Shown here one piece after another: positions 54,896 through 64,000 of a stretch of DNA of 64,000 nt. Positions within the stretch are counted from its first letter, which is position 1. The number at the start of each line of letters is the position of its first letter. The position numbers were made by a program, and so were the translations under genes. The notes under the pieces were generated by a model. It was not told the DNA's origin. It saw nothing but the letters and a program-made list of their open reading frames with translations, and did no database searches. The DNA lies in contig JAQGDQ010000295.1 of NCBI GenBank assembly GCA_030141605.1, positions 226,334 to 290,333 on the forward strand, read 5' to 3'. The DNA is from Tubiluchus corallicola (Eukaryota; Animalia; Priapulida).

Positions 54896-55733
54896 ATATG
54901 AATAGCCTTAATTGGTCTTTTGTTAATTAGACACTGTATCCTTCACTTGTTGTACATACACGAATTTTCTCTGTTATATTTGAATAACCTGGTTGACCTT
55001 ACGTGATGACAACTTAGAAAAGGTTTCTCTATTGCTGATTAGACCCTACTATCTGTTACTGTGTGTATGACGCAGCACTAACTTCAGGAAAACTGTGATC
55101 AAGTTTTACCACGCATCCTTGGTCCAAACTGGCGACGCATGCTGATATCCGTTCATTGTCCGCTGAATGAGTCAAAGACCACACCTAGACTTGCCTAACA
55201 CCACCGCCTGGACTACTGATCAGTGGGTAGCTTGACCATAACGACCAGCGGTCAGTTTTCAAAGCTAAGGTGGCTTATTATTGGGATTCTAAGCTGTGAA
55301 GTGTTTTGATTCGTGCACCCTATGCATTAACACTTTGCCTATGGTGTCCATGAAGCTAATATTCAAACTTTATGTAGCTAATTGAAACATTGGCCCTATT
55401 CAGAGACGTCAGGTATTGAGTTTGAGCAACCTGAATTTCTGACACTTCATTGAACTAAGCTTACACATACCATATTTTTGTATAAGTCTGCGCAGATCTA
55501 TGAGTAATTTTGAGTCTGTTTTTAGACAGATTTTTCAAATTCTTGATAGCAAAAACGTCAGCAGTTTGCTAAATATTTTTTATCACTTTTTGTTAAAAAC
55601 TAAAAAATATATATAAAGATAATAAATAAGGAAGTTGGCTTTATTACATGAAGATGACTGCTAGTATGCAATGGAAACTTAGTGATTCTTTGATAAAAAA
55701 GATAAAAAAATTCGTTTATTTTGTGGAATTTTT

Positions 55734-55900
55734 ATCCGTGACTGGCAATAAAGTCACACCAAAAAGTCACGGGAAAAAGTCACAGTTTTGTCCAGAAAAG
55801 TCACAATTAAGTTTGGCTGGGGTTAGAGGCAAGGTTTGGTTATTTCTTTTTTCCTGCGCCCTTTTTCCTGCGACTTTTTCTGTGACTTTTTACCTGGATT
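55734..55900 (+). mobile_element. AAAGTCAC/GTGACTTT foldback MITE, uninterrupted copy
   Basis: Repeated AAAGTCAC motifs at left, inverted G(T/C)GACTTTT motifs at right, GGTTAG-like centre, ATCC...GGAT ends. Confidence 0.7.
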
Positions 55901-57847
55901 CTTATGGCATTAAATTGTACCCTTAGGGTACTTTGTGGTAAGCTACTGGTTGCGTGAACTGGGCATGAACGAAACCTTCTAAATTAACTAACCTACACCC
56001 GTTAGCGAAGATAATTGTTATTATTGAAATTATACTTGCCTGATTATTAATTATTGTTTCCAGCAGTAATAAAGTTTAGTTAGAATGCTATAAAGCCTTC
56101 GAGAATCAACCATAGCGCATTTGTATATGTTGCTGGGAGGTTGGAAACAGACAAAACTATTCTGCTGCACCCTTGTATTTCCAACAATTACCTGTTTTGC
56201 TCAGTCTGTAATTTTAAATTCACACCTCCACACATGCCACTCCAAAGTGAGTTGAACACAGTAATTTTCTCGGGTGGACATCTCTTTATATCCATCAACG
56301 CCACGTGTTGAATGTGTAATTTCTGTTGGCAAAATATTACAGTGTGTCCTGACGGCGTTAGTTAATTATTTAATTAGCAAACAATTCGTAAATTTCAGTA
56401 GTATTTCGGGTTGTAATTATTGCGTGGATTGTGTTGTGTTCAGTCTATCTTTTGTTCACTTCATTCTGTTACGTGGATAATTACAATAGTCACTGTGCTA
56501 ATCAGCTTTAGCAACTTAGGAAAGAAGCACAAGATTTCATTTCAAACATTGCATTCTCATCTAAGCTATCAAATTAATCAAATCATGTCATCATCACTGC
56601 TTGATGGTAATAATTAAACAACTATGTATGAATGCTTCCGTGTTGTCATCATTATCATCAACATCCAGTTATGAGTACAGTTTTTTCCTTCGAGCTACCT
56701 ATCTGTGAAGTTCTTTACAGGAAAGTTGTTTCCCTGAAAACTACAACCTCCCTTGATTTAGGAAGAATACCAACATATCAGCTTTCTATTGCTAGCAAAT
56801 ATATTATATAAATTAGAATGTCAACATATCAACTTTCTATTACTAGCAAATAGAGTGTATGAATTCATCTTCTTGCTGTAGCTCTTGTTATTGAGAGACC
56901 AGTGACCTTGTCTGGGGTGGCTTAAAAATCAACAATTCTCGACTATGGTCAAGTAACATCATCATCTATATTTCTGTTATTAAACATCTAAAGCTAGTAA
57001 ACATCAACATCAAGATTATACACTCAACTTCAAAGATGTCACTAAACTTAAAACTGGAGTCCTCGAATTCTGTCTGAAGCTGGAATTGCCCGAAAGCATT
57101 TGAGTCAACACCGTGGTGCAGGCATGGACATACCACGCTAATGATCTTGTACAACACACAGGAAAGGGTCGAATTTTACTGCTCGATTGACTAAACTGAA
57201 AAGCTGACGATTAATTTGAGAAGATCAGGTAAATCCGGCATTACGTAACCCCTAAGACACTCCACAGGATACGTAGCATTGTCCCACTCGGCTTGTGCTT
57301 GTAACTTGACCTCTTCTTCCTGTGTTGGTGAGAGGCACAAGCTACGCATTACTCTCAGGAAAACGTTCCAAGACCAGCTGTAGACGCTACTAGTATTGGG
57401 TACTAAACACTACACAAATCGTAATTTGTATTGGTTCAGCTACCAGTGGTGCTATAAATCCATTTCTTACTTAAATTTTGTTTGAAGAGGCCTCCGAGCA
57501 TGATTTGTCCAAACTGGAAGCAGGCTGTAGTTCTTTTGGTCCTCTCTTCAAAATACTGCAGACCCTTACAGCATCCGAACACTGTAACTGATGCAATTAT
57601 AGGCAAGTCAACTGTTAACTGTTGGTAAATACTTGTTTGACTTTTGGCTTACTATGATTCTTATTACACAACTATTAGGAATAAAATTGCGACAGTTTTG
57701 CTGTGTTGACACTTGGAAGTCTTTGTGGTGACAATGGCAACAACAAAAACAACAACAACAATAGCAGTAGCAACAACAACAATAGCGATAACATTGACAA
57801 AACAACTATGTTAACAAGTATAGTAGCAGGAACTTCCACAAGTCAAT

Positions 57848-59145
57848 ACTGATATTTTCAATCTCAGGTTATATGTTGCCATGAGGCCCAATGATACTAA
57901 TAAAGTTTCCAGGAAAAATAATTTCTCTTTAATTCTAATAACTTAATACCAATAATGTTACTAACTACAGTAACAGAGGGAACAACAATGACAATAATAG
58001 CAAAAAGAGCAATAACATCAACCTCATTCTGCTCATTTGAAAATCTTGATACAAATTGATTTAAAAAATGTTTAATCTTAACAGTTATTCAACTTGTTAA
58101 ATAAGCCTATATCTATACTCAAAGCTCACTATGTACTGTGTATAATAATGCCAACACCAATTATTAGTTTGAGCCGGTGTGTGACTCTTTTTTCGAAAAG
58201 ACCACTAATGAACCCTTGAGATCAGCATTTTCTAAATTAACAACAGTTCTCTTTGCTGTGTCACAATGCCACATTCTAGACCCCACGCTAGTTTTTTGCT
58301 TCGACCATTGTCCACAGGCAGGTCAAGAGCCGCAGACGTAGGCTCATCTGGGCTCACCTTTTGCACACGTTTCCGCCGAAGAATACTGAAGAGTGTTTTA
58401 AGCATGCTTAAAGACGTGCCATATGGAGACCGAGGGGCATTATCTCCATCCCGGGTTCAGTTGAGTTGATACTGTTTACTGAGATGGGTAAATACTAGAG
58501 GACAATGGTAACAGCCTTGACACGAAAATCCCCAGAAATCTGCTGCTTGCCTCTTTTAACCTGTCTTGTCCCAAACATTACGCCAGCCTGGACTGCGTTT
58601 CATTAACTGAGCTCAGTGTCCTCTGTTGACACAACAGATTTTGGAACAGTAGAGGAAGAAGAAGAAAATACAATCAATGCTTATTGCCATCCATTCGGCA
58701 ACAAATGATTTCTGTTAGTTGTTGCCAGTCGGCGGTTCCTAGATTTTTTTGTTCCATGACCTGTATTAATGACCTTTCACATCTGCGTTATTTGTGTTCA
58801 AATTTTTAGACTTACAGAACTCAGGCTCATTTCTGTATGTCACTCCTTTGATTTCAGAGCTACCTTGACTATCAAGACTTCTTTGGCCAAATTACAACCT
58901 TGAAGAAAAGTGTTAAGGTTTATCTTAGTTAAAAAGTGAAAAACAAAAGTGATTTTGATATCATTTTCTCATTATAATTACTGAAAATCTTTTGTTGTTC
59001 TGGAATAACATGATGTCACAGACACAGCAATTTTTTAAAAACACATGATTTGATATTAAGCTATTAGAGTTGAATAGAGATTATTGCTCCTATTAGTATC
59101 ATTGAGCCTCATGGCAACAAAGAACCTGAGATTGAAAGCATCAGT
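57848..59145. mobile_element. Foldback-type element with long imperfect inverted arms
   Basis: 57848-57950 is the reverse complement of ~59052-59145 (TTTCAATCTCAGGTT...TGTTGCCATGAGGC.CAATGATACTAATA) with patchy continuation inward; no target duplication recognised. Confidence 0.55.
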
Positions 59146-59761
59146 GCAATGAAAGGTATCGTAAGAACATGATTCTCAGATGTAGTTGAAAAACCTGGTA
59201 ATAGTAGTTGTAGTGGAAAGTCATCAGCAGTAATAATAATAATTAATGTTGTTTTTTATTTATTTTTCACATAATCCATAGTACAGAAAAGTACAAAGAC
59301 AAGCAGTTAAAATTAATTAAAAATTGTACAGAAACCTAAAAACTGTAGCAGAATTAAATTACAAAGTATAAAAAGAGAGAAGTTAGGTTATGCTTTAAAA
59401 ACACAAGACGATGATGAAGATCTGGTTACATTTCTCGACACATGCTGTAATGCATTGTGAATACAGAACCAGAGAAGTCAAGAACAAGTGACTGTTTCAC
59501 CAAGCATGTATTCTGATTCCCAGAGATTACTGGTTTTCCACCAAGCTCTGTGGTTTATACAAACTGACTAAACTTTACTTGCCATGTACCAGCATTGATA
59601 ATCACTGATAGAAGACTTGATGGAGATGATCAATCAGTCTTCTTTCGCATGCAGGAACTGTAAAGCCTGTTGGAAGTTGTGTTTTGCGTCAGTTTTGCAA
59701 GTTTTACAAAGTTGCTGGTGCAGTAGTGACCCCATAGTAAACCTGACATTGTTTTGCAACA

Positions 59762-62053
59762 ATACACAAAAAAATATAAAAAAAACTATGATTTAATTAA
59801 TATGGCCGTGGGTATATGAATTCGGAATTAGTGTGTATGTTGTCGTACTGGTGTGATGGTATTTCATATCTGGTTAATATTAGTGATTTTAATTTTGTTT
59901 TAAATGCTGATAGGGACTTGATTTGTTTAACCTGTAATGGTAGAGAATTCCAAAGTAAAATTGCTTGTTTGATTACAGAGTTCGTTCCATAGTGGGTATT
60001 TGTCCTAATTTGTTTTAGATTGCTTGTTCTGGAATTAACGATAGGATTTGGAAAAAAGGTAAATCTGTTATTCTGGAATGGTTTGCTGATGTTGTTAATG
60101 TATTTAAATATAAAAAGCAGAGTAAAATATTCTTTGTGTGCTTCAATGATTGGGAATTTTAAAGTTTTTCTCAGGTTAGTTGTTGAAGCTTTGAATTTTT
60201 GTCTACCTGCCTTGTGTTTGTATGAGTACCCAGCTATGTATCTCAATGCATAGTTTTGAAGGAGATTTAATTTTAAGTAATTTTCTCTTTTGGTTTTTTG
60301 AAGTAGCGTACATCCATATAAGAAGTGTGGTAGAACTAAAGTTTTATATATTAGTGTTTTAGTTTCCTTTGTTAGTTGCCCTTTAACTTGTCGGAGATAT
60401 GATGTGCTAGATGCCATTTTTGTGTATATGTTATTAAAGTGATCATCCCATGAAAGATTATTGTCTACTTGTATGCCCAGGAATTTAACATTGTTAGTTT
60501 GTTTGATTACAGCATTATCTATTGTCAAAGTGGTTGATGATGCATCATTAGTATTTAATGAGGGTGACAGTATCATGAATTCTGTTTTGTCATTATTCAT
60601 TTTTAGCTTGTAATGACTAAATGCCATATTTATATTTTTTATATCTTCTTCTAAATAATTTTTTGCAGTTTGGACATTTTCATGGGCTATGTAGATTGTA
60701 GTGTCATCAGCGTATTGCGTTATTTGTGAGTGTTTTAATACACTGGATATGTTGTTTATATATAGGCAAAATAATAACGGACCTAGTAGTGTTCCTTGCG
60801 GTATACCTCTGTTTAACGTGGCCCAGTCAGAAAAGTTGGTTGTATCTAACTTTACTCGTTGTTGTCTATCTTTGAGATAATTTTGTATCAGTTTTAACGA
60901 TATCGAATCTAATCCGATTTGTTTTAAATTATCGTAAAGTAGTTCGTGATTAATGCTATCGAAAGCTTTACTTAAATCCAAAAATGCTGCTAAAATGTAT
61001 TGCTTGTTGTCTAAACTATGTCTCCAATTTTCTGTTGTGTGTATTAGGGCGTCAATGGTTGAATGGTGTTTACGGAAGCCAAACTGATGTTTTGATAAAA
61101 GTTCATGTTTATTTACATATGAATTTATCTGATCATAAATTACCCTTTCCCAAACTTTGCCGAAACAATGGATTACGGAAATTGGGCGATAATTCATGGG
61201 ATCACATTTTGGATCTTTTTTATGGATTGGAGTCACGTTTGCCATTTTACATACCGTTGGAAATTCGCCTCTCATAATTATCTGATTAGCAATGTAAGTC
61301 ATATGCGGGGCTATTACAGATGCGCTATCTTTTAGAATTTTGATAGGAATATCTGATGGTCCACTCCCTTTGTTGGAACTTAGGTTATTTAATATGTCGT
61401 TAATTTCTCCTACTGTGACGCTTTTGAATGAGAATACTGTGTTAGACGATTTGTTTTTTAATTTATTAATTATATTATTGCTAATATGAGAAGCCACTCC
61501 CTTAAAATTTCCAAGATTCAGGAATATTGCATTTAGCGCGTTGGCAATATCTTTGGGTTTTGTAATAACAGTGTTGTTGATCTTAATTTCGTCAACACGC
61601 GTTAGTTTGTTACGGCATTTATTTATTACATTGTTAATAATTTTCCATTTTTCTTTGGTATTTGTTGCGTTTTTACATTGTTGTTGTATATGTTTATTTT
61701 TCAAGCATTTATTAAGATTATTAAATTGATTTCTCTTTTTTTATAATTGTTATGATTGTTTTTAGTTTTGTTCTTTTCCCATATATTATACATTCTGTTT
61801 TTCGCTATTCTTAGTTTGTCAAGTTCAGGTGTTGTCCAGGTACTTTCGTTATTGAGTTTGCTTTGTTGTGGGATTTGCTTTACGTTTTTATATGGTGCAT
61901 GTACATTAAGGCAATATTCGACATTATATGTCAGAATATTAACTTGTGTATCTATTTTATCAGTCATATATATGGAGGTCCAGTTCATTTTTGCTAAGTC
62001 GATTAAGTATGAATGTTTGTTGTATTGGGCGTAGTCTCTCATTAAATGCCAGA
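59762..62053 (-). mobile_element. 5'-truncated L2/CR1-group LINE, left arm of inverted pair (ORF2 linker plus RT; ORFs 61701-62042 and 59797-61704)
   Basis: RT motifs NYRPIS, QFGFRKHHST, FLDLSKAFD, GIPQGTLLGPLLF, YADD, KFLG and C-terminal WNSLP; no RNase H seen. The two ORFs join if the T7 run at 61736-61742 were T8. Confidence 0.93.
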
Positions 62054-63999
62054 CTGAATTTTGGAAATTTTAAGGGAGTGGCTTCTCATATTAGCAATAA
62101 TATAATTAATAAATTAAAAAACAAATCGTCTAACACAGTATTCTCATTCAAAAGCGTCACAGTAGGAGAAATTAACGACATATTAAATAACCTAAGTTCC
62201 AACAAAGGGAGTGGACCATCAGATATTCCTATCAAAATTCTAAAAGATAGCGCTTCTGTAATAGCCCCGCATATGACTTACATTGCTAATCAGATAATTA
62301 TGAGAGGCGAATTTCCAACGGTATGTAAAATGGCAAACGTGACTCCAATCCATAAAAAAGATCCAAAATGTGATCCCATGAATTATCGCCCAATTTCCGT
62401 AATCCATTGTTTCGGCAAAGTTTGGGAAAGGGTAATTTATGATCAGATAAATTCATATGTAAATAAACATGAACTTTTATCAAAACATCAGTTTGGCTTC
62501 CGTAAACACCATTCAACCATTGACGCCCTAATACACACAACAGAAAATTGGAGACATAGTTTAGACAACAAGCAATACATTTTAGCAGCATTTTTGGATT
62601 TAAGTAAAGCTTTCGATAGCATTAATCACGAACTACTTTACGATAATTTAAAACAAATCGGATTAGATTCGATATCGTTAAAACTGATACAAAATTATCT
62701 CAAAGATAGACAACAACGAGTAAAGTTAGATACAACCAACTTTTCTGACTGGGCCACGTTAAACAGAGGTATACCGCAAGGAACACTACTAGGTCCGTTA
62801 TTATTTTGCCTATATATAAACAACATATCCAGTGTATTAAAACACTCACAAATAACGCAATACGCTGATGACACTACAATCTACATAGCCCATGAAAATG
62901 TCCAAACTGCAAAAAATTATTTAGAAGAAGATATAAAAAATATAAATATGGCATTTAGTCATTACAAGCTAAAAATGAATAATGACAAAACAGAATTCAT
63001 GATACTGTCACCCTCATTAAATACTAATGATGCATCATCAACCACTTTGACAATAGATAATGCTGTAATCAAACAAACTAACAATGTTAAATTCCTGGGC
63101 ATACAAGTAGACAATAATCTTTCATGGGATGATCACTTTAATAACATATACACAAAAATGGCATCTAGCACATCATATCTCCGACAAGTTAAAGGGCAAC
63201 TAACAAAGGAAACTAAAACACTAATATATAAAACTTTAGTTCTACCACACTTCTTATATGGATGTACGCTACTTCAAAAAACCAAAAGAGAAAATTACTT
63301 AAAATTAAATCTCCTTCAAAACTATGCATTGAGATTGATAGCTGGGTACTCATACAAACACAAGGCAGGTAGACAAAAATTCAAAGCTTCAACAACTAAC
63401 CTGAGAAAAACTTTAAAATTCCCAATCATTGAAGCACACAAAGAATATTTTACTCTGCTTTTTATATTTAAATACATTAACAACATCAGCAAACCATTCC
63501 AGAATAACAGATTTACCTTTTTTCCAAATCCTATCGTTAATTCCAGAACAAGCAATCTAAAACAAATTAGGACAAATACCCACTATGGAACGAACTCTGT
63601 AATCAAACAAGCAATTTTACTTTGGAATTCTCTACCATTACAGGTTAAACAAATCAAGTCCCTATCAGCATTTAAAACAAAATTAAAATCACTAATATTA
63701 ACCAGATATGAAATACCATCACACCAGTACGACAACATACACACTAATTCCGAATTCATATACCCACGGCCATATTAATTAAATCATAGTTTTTTTTTTA
63801 TATTTTTTGTGTATAGTTGTAAATATGTTTGATTTTATTCGTCATTACTGCACAGTAGTTTAGATTGCACTGACGCATTTGCCTTCAGCAGTGTAAGTTT
63901 TTATTAACTAACACTGATTGATTATCTCTATAAAGTTTTTATCAGTGATTATCAATGTTTTTAATGGCAAATAAAGATTATTATATATATATATATATA
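62054..63999 (+). mobile_element. 5'-truncated L2/CR1-group LINE, right arm of inverted pair with intact RT ORF, full 3' UTR and TA-rich tail
   Basis: Near-identical to the left arm from (L/F)GNFKGVASH to the stop at 63778; 3' UTR ends AATAAAGATTATTA(TA)n. The first ~37 aa of the 61946 ORF are antisense read-through of the spacer. Confidence 0.93.
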
Positions 64000-64000
64000 C

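Noticed and set aside
60020-63555. Antisense ORFs duplicated in both LINE arms (77 and 97 aa)
   Set aside because: Shadow frames of the RT, duplicated only because the arms are.
59797-63778. Retron, DGR or other prokaryotic RT system, or a two-gene RT operon
   Set aside because: Motifs, 3' UTR and tail are those of a non-LTR retrotransposon; the two ORFs are copies of one element.

Overview
AT-rich, repeat-laden animal (probably marine invertebrate) genomic DNA, not prokaryotic; nearly all ORFs in the track are spurious. The one host gene I can reconstruct is a + strand DUSP11/PIR1-type RNA 5'-phosphatase. Four phase-compatible exons (273-319, 2610-2670, 8462-8508, 50255-50330) splice to R-FYKAVDNFMNSDSEKEALVGVHCTHGINRTGYLICRYMIEKMNFSAAEALKAFAEARGYPIEREKYIEDLHNFQPLR, and a 41.7-kb intron splits the catalytic domain. 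That intron holds a pogo remnant, MITEs, LINE/SINE/Penelope relics, microsatellites, homeodomain-site-rich islands, a candidate in-frame 21-nt microexon and several RNA-structure candidates. The most striking structure is at the right end: two near-identical L2/CR1-group RT copies joined head-to-head as a ~1.76-kb inverted repeat. The left arm switches abruptly into a strongly diverged homologue of the element's 3' UTR. All coordinates and alignments were read by eye.
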